Source: the human T2T-CHM13v2.0 reference genome, Homo sapiens
DNA: 64,000 nt
NCBI RefSeq assembly: GCF_009914755.1
Contig: NC_060947.1
Strand: one strand, 5' to 3'
Part shown: piece by piece, positions 17,581 through 29,479 of the stretch
How positions within the stretch are numbered: position 1 is the first letter of the stretch
How the letters are laid out: every line of letters starts with the position of its first letter
Position numbers and translations under genes: made by a program
The notes under the pieces: model-generated
What the model saw: only the letters and a program-made list of their open reading frames with translations
The model's database searches: none
What the model was told of the DNA's origin: nothing

Positions 17581-20124
17581 GAAGGTTATTGTGAGTTGAC
17601 CCCTCATGGTGGATACAGACACTCAATTTGCTTACATAACCACCTGTTTGAACATACAGAATGAATAACTGATTCTAGAAAATAATAAATTCATCAGTAG
17701 TCTAAATGGCTTGATAGTACCCTTAACTTTGCTGTGTGACATTCAATATATTCCACAGGACATGGCTACTATACTTGCTCGTTTACCATCAGAACTGAAG
17801 TGTAGAATATGAAAAGACACCACCGGATCATCATGGAGCCAAATTAATTGTTCTTTACTTCACTTGTACAACCATAGCCTTACTTCCTCATGATGATCAG
17901 GGTCAATTTTCCTTGCCAGGAATAGTGACTTCTTCCTCACCTGCTGCTTTCCTGGCACAGAGAGCCTGAAATATCTGGGCAACAGCCATAGTTTAAAGTT
18001 TAATAGACCTCTTGCTATGTTCCTTGTTGGAAACATTCCACTCTGCAATCTACACATCTAAGCCTGAAGATTTTACAATTATTGTGAAGGGAAGCACAGA
18101 TACTCCAAGTGTTGTGCACTTGGATGTGATGATTAGGACTATTCCTACTTCTACCCTGTGGTTTCTGTACCCATGAATTTTACCTGTTTGTACACAGAAC
18201 CACACTTTGTTTATTGATTTTGGTTGTATACAGTGGCAATGGCACTCTGCTATTATTTTCAAGCCAATAGTTCAGTTGAACTTTAAAAAGCTTGTTCCAT
18301 TTTTATATCAAACCAGCAACGTCTGGGTGATATAGTGTGGGAAATTCATAGTTAATACACTATGGGAAACTTCTTGGTGATACAATATTATGGAAAATTC
18401 ATGGTTACTTGCTCATTGCTTTATTTTTTTTATAAGGTTAGTCCCTTGGTACATGTGAAGCTATATAGATATCCTGTATCTTTGTGTATTCCCTAGTGTT
18501 CTTAGCAGATGCTGTTTAGGTATGAAGGAAAAGCCCATACTTGGAGTATGTGTTGAACCCAGTAACAGTGAATTGCTAATCACCTTGCCACCATGGAGTT
18601 GGTTGGTTTCTTCAAGGGATGGTGCCATACTGGGCCTTAGTGTTGGTCTTTGTTGCTGGAAGGTTGGTCATTTGGCAGAAGCAGTGGCAAAGCCAGCCTG
18701 ATGTGTTGGATTGCATGCAGTTGGTTCAATGCATAGCCTCTATTCCTCCACGCTGGCTGCTTTGTGTGCTCACTGTGCCAGCTAGAGATAGCAGATGTTA
18801 GAGGCTGGCAGTTGCTAACTAGCAAAATCATTCTGAATACTTGGTTGTTTAGTATCTTCCATGGTACATAGTCTCAGATCAACATTGATTTATGATACAA
18901 AAATGTTTAACTTTTATTCCCATTCCAATAGGTCCATCCACATGCTTCTTCCCCAGGATTCTTTGTTACTGATCTTCCAACTGGACAGTGACTGATCTTA
19001 GTGACTGGACAGGACACTGATCAACTGTAAATCCATTTGCCACTGCCCATGAGATGCTACATTCTTACCTCAGGCCACTTCTTTTTCCACGAAAAATAGA
19101 CGACCAGCTGCATCTTTTGAAGAACTACCTATGTGGAGGATTTCTCCTAATTAATGACATTTAGGGACACCATTGAGTGAAGCTGCAGTGCTACCATAGT
19201 TTTTTTGTTGGTTTGTCTTTCCTACTGAACTAACCCATGTACAAACTGTATACTCTTCTTGATTTTTCTTGTAATAGCTAGGCATAAGGGCCCTCCCCTG
19301 TGCTGCCATCAGTGTGAAGTGAGGCAGGGGTGCTCATAAAACAGTGGAAGATAGATCTCCTTGTGGGGCAGTTCACTTGTGTGTTCATCTCTACTCATGC
19401 CAGATCCTGCAAATACCACATCCATCTTATAGTGGAATGCTGCTGGGCCTGCTTAGCCATATGGCTTGGTGGATCTGACACAACTCACACAATTTAACTA
19501 GTTATGCATGCATGATCCCTTGATATGCCCATGCACTAACATATGTCTTTTATCACTTCTCTAAATTGAGGATCCTCTGGGTTTTCTCATGGAATGTAGC
19601 CTGCTGCTGGATCTCTCAGCCTTATGTAGTGTATCACTGTATACTCATGTTACTCTCCAAGTTTCCTCTGGAAAATATTTTCTAGGTCCTGTACCTTTCT
19701 AATATTATAGTTCCTTTCTTCTCTGAGCACATTCAGCACTCTCCCTGCTAGGTTATGTTGTGACTGAAACCTAGTTGTTCGCTGGAGACTAGAAAAGGAA
19801 TTGAAATAGATCCTGAAATAGGCTTATGTTGAAAGCAAGGTAGAAAGAGAGGGCAATGAGAATTTGCAGGGAGTAACTTCTGAAAGTCAAGAATGTTCAG
19901 GGGAATCTGAAAGCTCAAGATTTGCAAGTAAATCAACCTAGATTGTTCCTATCTCAAGCCATAGGCTCCTACTCCTTCCAATCTGGGTTCTATAAAAGTA
20001 TAGCAGATTTGCTGATTGAGAATTTAGCCTTTTCTTGAGTTCTGCTACTCTTAATTAAGTTCTCTTCTGATTCTTAGCTTTTTGTAAGAATGAGAGTATA
20101 TTTTTTGTTGCTAAAGAAACTCTC

Positions 20125-20545
<421 letters not shown>

Positions 20546-20764
20546 TTATTACTTTTGTAGAACCTCTCTAAATCTAAGATATTACATCTGCCAGTACATT
20601 CTCTTCCACCGTCTAATCCCATTTTACCATTGGTGAAATTTTAAGTCACACTGTTAAAACATGCTAGGAGATATTTTTCTATGTACCATTAGTGAAGTTG
20701 TCCTCATTGCCAGCTAGCCAGCGGGTAATCCAGCACTCAATCCCATTTTCAAATATTTTTTGTA

Positions 20765-20779
20765 CCACTCCTGGCACCA
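20765..20779 (-). promoter_or_regulatory. Retroviral primer-binding site (tRNA-Leu type)
   Basis: The minus strand reads tggtgccaggagtgg two nt after the LTR end (...ctagaca), resembling the complement of a tRNA-Leu 3' end, as expected for ERVL. Confidence 0.75.
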
Positions 20780-20781
20780 AC

Positions 20782-21218
20782 TGTCTAGGTTTGGTTCACT
20801 GGAAACAGACTTTGAGGTGGATATTTTCATGCAGGGAATATTCTCAAGAATAACACCTGTAAAAAGTGAAAGAAGCAGGAACTGAAGCAGAAAAAAGCAA
20901 AGCTGAACGGGGATGCCCTTGCAACAGAGGCTTCAACTGATCTCACACAGAGTTTGAAAGCTGGCATGGCCTTCCAGAATATCTCAAATAGTGGGAGGGA
21001 TACTTCCCTTCATATCTCTGCATTGACCAGACACTGGATGTAGGTTTCCCTAAGGAGGGGGCATAAACTTGGCTGAGAGGTTTCTCTCTGGCTGAGGGAA
21101 ATTTCTGTGGAGAGAGCCAGATGTGTATTTGCAGCTATAGCCACTCCTCACAGCCAAGGGTATGAATACCTCAGTCCTGAAGGATGGGAATAGGAGGCGT
21201 ACCACAACATACACTGCA
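20782..21218 (-). mobile_element. LTR16A-family LTR (5' LTR of the ERVL remnant)
   Basis: TG...CA ends. Motifs gcaacagaggcttcaactgatctcacacagag...ggccttccagaa and gaatacctcagtcctgaagg match antisense LTR16A as recalled. Confidence 0.75.
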
Positions 21219-21894
21219 AGTTATGTGAAGAATCAGTTATCTGTGAACCTCTTAGGAACTTTTAAGAAACTGGTTATCTCTGACATCAATCTCTTCCAGC
21301 TTATGTCCATCCTCAAAGACAGTCAGCAACATCAAAAAAATAAATTTCATCATGTAACTCTCCATCCCAACTGTGTTCCTAGTTGCCACAAGACTGCATG
21401 ATCACCAGAGCTTAACATACACAATCTTGCGTCAACTACTCTCTTTGATCTTCTTTCCAACCATTGCACACATAAATTCTAATTTTCTATATACATTAGT
21501 ATTTTTGAAATATCGGCCTGATATTTCTGCGTAAATCTCCCTGACTTCTTTTCTCTGCCTGAAAATTACCTATTCATAGTTCAAAATCAAATTCAAATAT
21601 TTATTCCCATGAGAAGTTGCAGCAGTGAAGATACTTTTGTCTGAAATAACAGGAAGTGCAATATTGGCTTAAACAAATAGAGTCCTTTTCATTATCACAT
21701 AACAAAACATACAGAAGTGGGTGCTTGATTCAAATGCTAAATCATGTCAACTTTTCATCTTCTATCTCTCTGCTCTGACATTCTCATGGTGTTCTTATGT
21801 CATGGTTTACTATCTAATTTTCGACAATCACTGTCAAAACCTCAAGTCCTATGATCGTATTCAAAATCAGAAACAGGGATCTATCTACAACACA

Positions 21895-21982
21895 AAGAGA
21901 GGTTGGAAGGAGAGAGCGAGAGAGAGCAAGAGAGAGAGAGAGAAAGAAGGAGGAGGACGAAAAGGAGAAAGAGGAGAGGAAA
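21895..21982. repeat. Polypurine (GA/GGA)-rich low-complexity tract
   Basis: aagagaggttggaaggagagagcgagagagagcaagagagagagagagaaagaaggaggaggacgaaaaggagaaagaggagagg. Confidence 0.85.
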
Positions 21983-22100
21983 GTCACTGCTCAGACCATT
22001 CTTAAATTTTATTAGGATACTTTTCCCCGGAATACCCCCAGTAGATTTTCTCCAATATTTTACGGGACATGACTTGGTCACATGCTATTCCTGGATCATA

Positions 22101-22178
22101 TTAGGTTGGTGTAAAAGTAATCACTGTTTTTGCCATTGAAAGTAATGGCAAATCTGCAATGATTTTGCACCAACCTAA
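22101..22178. mobile_element. MADE1 (Hsmar1-derived MITE)
   Basis: ~78-bp near-palindrome ttaggttggtgtaaaagtaa...tgccattgaaagtaatggca...ttttgcaccaacctaa, preceded by TA. Confidence 0.92.
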
Positions 22179-24124
22179 AAGATTTAACTCTTACTTGATA
22201 CCAAGGCATCTTCATGCTATAGTTAATTAACTAAAAGTTTATTCACAAGGAAGAAGAGATCAAAATACTGTGGGATAGGTAGCCATAGTATTTGCCACAG
22301 AAGCATTCCATGCCACTTACCACGTTGTATCTTGATTTGTTTGTTTACATAACTGCCTCTTCCATTAGACTAACTCCTCATAGACATAGATTAGGACTTT
22401 TAAAAAAATATCGATATTATGTAGCATGAAACCTAACCTGTTATAGGTACACAACATTTAAAAAATTAATAAATAATAAAAATAATACATAATTGTCAAA
22501 GACAGAGTTTTGAAAATGATCTTGAGGACCTAGGAAAATGGTCTGGCTCATAATAAAAAATAAGCAACTGTCTGTTATGAGCTTTTCACTACTATAAGGA
22601 TACTGGAGTGCTTTCCTTTTGGATCTGTCCATCCTGACCCCAATACTTTTCATAGTCAGTCATATTTTGTTTAATAATTTTTAAAAAGTAAACTCCAGTA
22701 ATGACATTTTAGTTTAGAAAAATGTAGCTATCGTTAAGAGGCATCAAGATTCAGTCTTGAGAATAAAAATGTCATTATTTGTGGTGTCATCATAGTTTCA
22801 TGAATATTTGAAAAAAATTGAGTCATGGACATTGCAATTCTCTCATGGGACACTGGGAGATTGCAATACTGAAAGTTACAATGTAAAATTAAAAGTTTAA
22901 CTTCTTGTTTGAAGGTAATCTGAAAGCTTAAATCTTCCGAAAAACCAATAATTCAATATTCATTAAAATCAGATATGAGTTTATGAAGACAAAAAACATT
23001 TTCAAAAAACATTGTCTCTTTTAATCCTCAAAGAAACTATATATAAAATAAATAATAATTTGCTCTCCTCTTTTACTACATAATCATTACAATTATTTCA
23101 TGTATGTGTTATTCTATATACACAATAGTGTTACTTATGCTTAGGTAATCCATTTGTCAGAAGAAAATATCTAAGATGCTTTGTGCTCTAGTAATTTCCA
23201 TTTTTGATTACATTAAAAACTATCACTCAATGAGATAAAGAATAGAATAAGAAAAGTGAATATGTTAGCCTCATTTGATTTGAAGCAGCATTTTTATGCA
23301 GCATAATAATGCAGGCATGCCTCTCTGTTTATTCTATAGTTAGTAAATGCGTTGTCTTGGAGCACTTTGAATGACTCCTGATTATAAATCCAAGAACTAC
23401 TTATTTCAATTAAACAAAATGATTTAGCAATTCTGTCAAGACCTTGATGTCTAGAAATATGGTTCAATTACGGGAGCTTGGTATTTTCCAATTAGATATA
23501 CAAATGGAGCCAAATTCAGTGGGGCCAAATTTTGAAGTGAAAAATTATGGGATGAGCATGGTTTGAGAAGTTTTTTTTGTTTATTCTAAAGCATCTTGAC
23601 AAAAGAGTTTTGTCACCAAGAGAAGTAAAACACAAGAAGGGCCAATATCAAGGGCAAAGGATGTGAGGGTCAGAATCAAATCAAGATTTCTTAAAACATC
23701 ATTAGAACGAGAAACTGCACAATATCTGGGAGTGTTATTAAAATTCTATAGGTAGTGAGCCCAAGAAAAATTCCTTGATTAAGATCATTAGGAATGATCA
23801 AAGTGTTCAAATAGCAGATACTGTAAAGACTGTATCTCAGTATAAGGGAAAAGATAGAAACAGATTTGATTGCTCTCATCCAACTAACCAGATGTAGATA
23901 AGGAAACCATACACAATGGGATTTTCCTAGGAAGTTTCCATTTTATTCCTGTCCAGGTTAGTGTTCCTCGGTACAGAAAATGATCATTGTAGTACAGATT
24001 CCAGAGTTCAGAACCTAATACTAATTCACACCAGTAGAGTTTTTCACCAGTAGGGGTCTTACATCTTGAAACAGATCAATTTTGGTGTTGTTTAGAGAAC
24101 GATAAAAGACAACAAAAATTACCA

Positions 24125-24334
24125 CAACTGCATTGTATATTATTATAATTTTTCTATTTTATTATCAGTTATTGTTGCTAATCTTTTGCTGTGCTTAATT
24201 TATAAATAAAACTTTATTGTAGGTATGTATGTTAAGGAAAAAAACAGTTTATGCAGGGTTTGGTACTATCTGTTGTTTCAGGCAACCACTGGGAATCTTG
24301 GAATATATTCCCCGTAGATAAGGAGGGACTACTG
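24125..24334 (+). mobile_element. Tigger-family DNA transposon end (MER44/Tigger7-like)
   Basis: Terminal motif gggtttggtactatctgttgtttcaggcaaccactgggaatcttggaa...gataaggagggactactg followed by TA. Confidence 0.75.
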
Positions 24335-25197
24335 TAATTGTTATAAGAGTGAAAATTTTCCTCCGTGTTAACATTTTTAGCTATAAGGAAGCTACTATGG
24401 GATTGGTTCTATACCCATAGACTTTTAAAACTAATGAACAGATATCAAGTATGGAAATTGTTGTGTCCTTCAGCAATCCCTTTAATGACTTTGGGTCTCA
24501 ATTTTCCCTGACGGAAAAACAAAAGGATAGGATTCAGTTACCTCTAAAATCTAAGGAGCTTTAACACTCTGAGTGTCCTTTTTCTTATTGTTCTCCCCCT
24601 TTTCCTATTTTGTGGCCAAATCCAGCTTTTGTATTCCCTCTACTCCATCCTGGATAAGTCTCCCTGCTGTTCCTTGTCATCCCTGCCAAAAGATACCTCT
24701 TAGAGACTGTTAGTCAGAGACATTACATAATTATCAACAATTCCAGACTATAAGCCTTAATCAGGGAGAGGACTCTGAGAAAACATAAAAGCAACAGTCA
24801 TTAGACTGAAATGAGTGGGCAAGAATATCATCAAGGCCAAAATGTGTTTCATGCTGGATTATTCGTTTTGTTTTCCTTTACTTTCTTCTTTTTTTAAATC
24901 CTTTTATTTTCTTACTTGGGAAATTCCCAGAAATATTTTGTCCAAATCATATAGAAATGGCAAGTTATAAAGGCTTCTTTGTATCTCCTCCTCATCTCCT
25001 AGCTTGGTAGACCCTAATAATTTGTAATAAACCGATTAGCTGGATATACAGTTTGCCAGTAGTGGCTTCTGCTTTTAGTGATTACATATGTTGTAAAATA
25101 TGTTCATTTATGTATACATAAACATATGTACATACTTTTTTTTCTGTTTCAACTTTAAGGATAAGTCGAAGATTTCCAGCTTGTGCTGAAAAATCAA

Positions 25198-27223
25198 ATG
25201 ACTAAGATGGCCAACTAGATGCAGCCGGGTGGAACAGCTGCCACCGAGGAACTGGGACAACTGGCACACTCCCAACAGATCTTCAGAGAGAAGCCACTGA
25301 GAGTGGATGGAGGAAAGACACAGAAGCTGGGCTGAAGAGAAAGGAAAACTGGGAACCTTGCACGAGGCTACCACACACAGAGAGTTTTTCCTGGCCCCTG
25401 ACAACTCTGGGGGAACAGGTGAGTTGAACTGGAAAGGAGCAACTTGCTCTTGCCACAGGCCTCTGGAATTCCAGCAGGAAGAGACGCTTTGACCACCATG
25501 GAAACTTGAGTTGGCAGGGAGAGCTTCTTAGAAAAATAGTAGGAAAAGCACACCAGCCAATGTGGAGCCCAGAGGGTTTGGTGTGGGAGCATCTGTAGCA
25601 GAGCACGGCGAGGAATGCCCATCCCCATAGGCTCAACTTGATCCCATAGAAGACTTTAGCCCTAGGGGAAATATTGGACCTGAACTCTGCAGGAAGGCCT
25701 TGCCCACTAGAAGGGGCCAGTTCCACCTGATCATCCCTTGGTCTGCTGGTCATTCCTGGGGAGCCACCTTGGCTGCACCTGCTTGTAGTGCAACCTTGGG
25801 TGTCCTGGGGGCCTGTGTCATACCTCCCGCACTGATGGACCATGCCTGATTACCAGAGAGCTCCAGTGGCGCATCCCTCATGACCATGCACCAACCTATC
25901 TACACCCTCCCTAACCACAGCTTCTCTGGACCCACAGCCACCCCCCCCGCCCACATTACTTTGGCAGTTCATGTGTGCAGGTGAATTTTGACTCCCCAGC
26001 CCCACTAGCATGCCTGTGTGTGTGCACCCTGCCCTGCCACTGCTGCCAACGGGAGTGCACACTGCCCTCCCTCCCCACTTTTACCACCATTGCAGTCGGA
26101 GCCTTGGCGGGCAACAAGGCCACCATCCCCACCCTGGCCAGCACCCTGCCCCTGCACCAACACTGCTGCAAGAGTGAAACAAGGCAAAGAAAATAGCGGA
26201 TCCTCTTATTCCCTGAGCAACCCCACCTATATGAATCTGTACAGACAGTGCATTCAGACCTGTGCCTGCCTGTGCCCTGCCCCTGTGCCAACACCCCTAC
26301 TGGCACAAACACATGCACAGTTGCTAGCAGGAGCCCTCCACATCCCTGAGCCATGCTGCCTCAACTGCTTCTGTGAATGCCCACATAGAAGCAAGCACCC
26401 CAGCACACACTAGCACCCTGCTGCAGCTGAGGAATGTGTGTCCTACCATGCTACCGCTGCCACTGTCGCTGGCATCAGCAAACTATGATGGATTCTGCCG
26501 CCACTGCCCTACGAAAAGCTTTGGCTTGCACCACCTATCAAAGTGTAGAGACAAGTGGTCTGGGAGCACCTTGGTTCCTCCAATTGCGGTGAGTTCCTAA
26601 ACTTGAAGAGTGAGAGAACAAAGTCGGGGCCTGATACAAGTCCCCCAGACTTAGAGCAAGCAGTCCAGGAGTTGGGAGCTGAGCCTTGGCCCCCTACATC
26701 TTCCATAAATAAAACCAGTCTAATGAACCCACCTAGTACCACAATCAAACCCTCAAGGACATCAGATGGGATAAAGGAAAAAAGCAACTTCAAAAGGACA
26801 ACAACTTCAAAGAATAAAGGAATATCAGCCCACAAAGATGAGAAAAAAGCAGTGCAAGAACTCTGACAAATAAAAAAGCCAGAGTGCCTAATTCCTCCAA
26901 ATGACCACACTATCTTTCCAGCAAGGGTTCTTAACGAGACTGAGAAGGCTGAAATGGCAGAAATATAGTTCAGAGTATTAATAGTAATGAAGATCATTGA
27001 GATGCAGGAGTACATTGAAACCTAATCCAAGTAAGCAAAGAATCAGAATAAAATGATACAGGAGCTGACAGACAAAATAGCCAGGATAGAAAAGAACATA
27101 ACTGACCTGGTAAAGCTGAAAAACACACTACAAGAATTTCGTAATGCAGTCACAAATATTAACAGCAGAATAGATCAAGTTGAGAAAATAATCTCAGAGC
27201 TTGTAGACTAGCTATTTTCAAAT
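25198..27223 (+). mobile_element. L1 5' UTR + start of ORF1 (older L1PA/L1PREC-type), 3'-truncated
   Basis: Begins with the YY1-type motif aagatggcc (25204-25212), then a GC-rich 5' UTR and ORF1 coiled-coil-like sequence (...aacagcagaatagatcaagttgagaaaataatctcagagcttg). Ends abruptly with no ORF2 or tail. Confidence 0.85.
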
Positions 27224-28017
27224 TGCTGCTTTCTGATGCCTTGCAATGCTCTGAAATTTCAAAGTTGTTTGTGACAAAACTTAAACTGCTTAGACTCTGC
27301 AACTCCCAATATGTCTGTGATTCTTACGGAGGAAAAAAAGGACAATGAAAAGACTAGCAAAATTGTTTTACTAGTTAAAAATATTAGAAAATATGTGTTC
27401 ACTCACTCGTTGAGTAAACATTTATTAGATGTTTTTATAATCTGCTAAACATCATAGGAATTGGAGGTAAAGATGACACAAATTACTTTTCTTCTGAAAG
27501 GACTTATAATATTTAAGAGGAGACATACTGTCAACAAAGACTTCAAATGTAATGTCCTAAGTGTAAGTAATGTCTAAGATCATGGCCTGGGGAGGAGAGA
27601 AACTTTGGTTGCTTGTGACCAGCATTTCTTCATCAACACACTTGTTTTCTGAAGTGTCGCTAGCAATTTGCAAAAAGAAACAAAAACAGTGCAAATACTA
27701 ACATTTGTAAATTACTTTCTTTTGCTATTTTTATAATATATTCAGGTTAATTTTTTATGCTTACTTGGACTCATTTGTCTTTTGATGTTTTCTTGAATGG
27801 GGCAAATGTGGAGATATTAGAGCTAGCAGAAAGGGATTATATAGGACCTTGACTCATTCTTCCTTATGTCACTGCCAACACAGAGTACTTTAACAGCTGA
27901 GAGAAAGAAGAAAAAACATAGCATTCCAAAGCTGAGATTTAACTTACTTTAACTTACTTTTCTTTCCAACTTTACCTATGACAATTTTTTTATAAGCAGA
28001 ACTTCAGGTATTCTTAA

Positions 28018-28018
28018 A

Positions 28019-28061
<43 letters not shown>
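28018..28061. repeat. (CA)n microsatellite
   Basis: About 22 CA units with one TA interruption. Confidence 0.97.
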
Positions 28062-28063
<2 letters not shown>

Positions 28064-28219
28064 TATTATCATTTTCTTTAATGTATTTGCAAATTTGGTG
28101 GATTTTTTTTGGTAGGTGGAGGAGTTTCATTAAAATCTGGGCATGAAAAACAGAACATTTCACTCATGAAAGTGACACGTTGGAGAAATCCTGAGACCCA
28201 TTGATCACAAGATTCAGAC

Positions 28220-29110
28220 TATGCTAGAAGAAAGAGTATTTGCCACATTGAGGAGTTTGAACTTGTCATTGAAACTATTTTAAGCATTTTACTTATATGA
28301 TCAGATCTGCATGTTAGACCAGTCCCTCTTTTGGATGTGTAGAGTATGAGTTTGTGTTGACTGAAAATGGCAGAAATAATATAAATAAAGATACTTTTGC
28401 AATAGTTCCAGCCATAAATAAAAGGGCTTGGTGTTAGTGTTGAGTGGAGTAGGGGAATGACTCTAGAGAGGTGGGGACAGATTTGAGATATATTACAATG
28501 GTAAAATGTATATATTAGTAACCAATATGTTCTAGTTCAGGTTTCTGCCTTTTATTATGAAGATCGAGACAGATTTGGAGGAACAAGGTAATAGATGAAT
28601 TTTAGAAAACACTAGAGTTTGAGTTATCTCTGAAATGTATAGAAGTGAAAAGTGTAGACTTACATGAAGCAGTCAGTGTTAAGGTATGGGGCTAAATATA
28701 GTAGGGCTGACTGGAGGGAAATGCTTGGGGGTTATTATTGGTTTATAAGTGGAAACTTAACATACGGGCTTTTGATTAAAGAGAGAGGCTGAGAAAGGGC
28801 TCTGAGTAAACTTACTTGAGTGGTTAAAAAAGAAAAATGATGTTTTGATTGACCTTGAGAAGTAGAGATCTGAGATTTGAGCAAAAATCTGTAACAAATT
28901 TAAAAATGAGAAAATGGGAGAGTTTGAAGGAGAAGAGATTTTCAGCAATGACAATCAAACACAGCAGAAAAAATAAGTTAAAACTAAAAAGTGCCATTAT
29001 GATCTGCCAATTAGAAATCAGTGAGTACAGCAGTGAGAATGGAGTTGTTGAAATGCTGTAGAAAATAGCAAGATTACAGTGGATTGAAAAGTTAATGGAA
29101 GCTGGCAAAA
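28220..29110 (-). mobile_element. Degraded L2 body fragment
   Basis: Antisense L2-like motifs (atgatcagatctgcatgttag, gacagatttgagatat, gagtttgagttatctctga). Confidence 0.5.
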
Positions 29111-29266
29111 TTGTGCCATCAGATGAACCAACCCTGGATTTATGCTTCCTGAGGCAATGTCCATTCAAGTGACATTTCGAGTCTATTTCTCTTCAACATT
29201 TAAAACTAATTTCTGAGGATACATAAACAGATAGTGTGGACCAAGAAAGTACCTCTTTTTCTTCAG

Positions 29267-29359
29267 ATGTTTCTTTTACTGAATCAGCTAACTTATTGAA
29301 GCAGGACCTCCTTCCGGGCAAGAGAAGAACCATATTTTGGATCCTGAATACACGACTAG
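29267..29359 (+). other. Candidate 93-nt spliced exon (unassigned transcript)
   Basis: Acceptor cctctttttcttcag| and consensus donor ag|gtaagt. Phase 1-1 frame is open (xVSFTESANLLKQDLLPGKRRTIFWILNTRL). No recognisable homology. Confidence 0.4.
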
Positions 29360-29479
29360 GTAAGTGCCTCTACTCTACTAGAATCTTCAAATAAGTCCTC
29401 AAGTTAAACTTGCAAATAGAGAACCAGCTAAGGAAGAACACAGTGTGTTGTGAGTATAACACTCTATTTGTAGTTGCAC

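Larger units (their letters stand above)
21625..22280 (-). mobile_element. Old MaLR (MLT1-type) LTR hosting a GA-rich tract and MADE1
   Basis: MLT1 antisense motifs ggcttaaacaaatagag...atcacataacaa and gacttggtcacatgctattcct; ends ...gtagccatagtatttgccaca. Confidence 0.5.

Noticed and set aside
25108-27015. Dense cluster of overlapping 60-186-aa ORFs on both strands
   Set aside because: Explained by the GC-rich, stop-poor L1 5' UTR. No coding signature.
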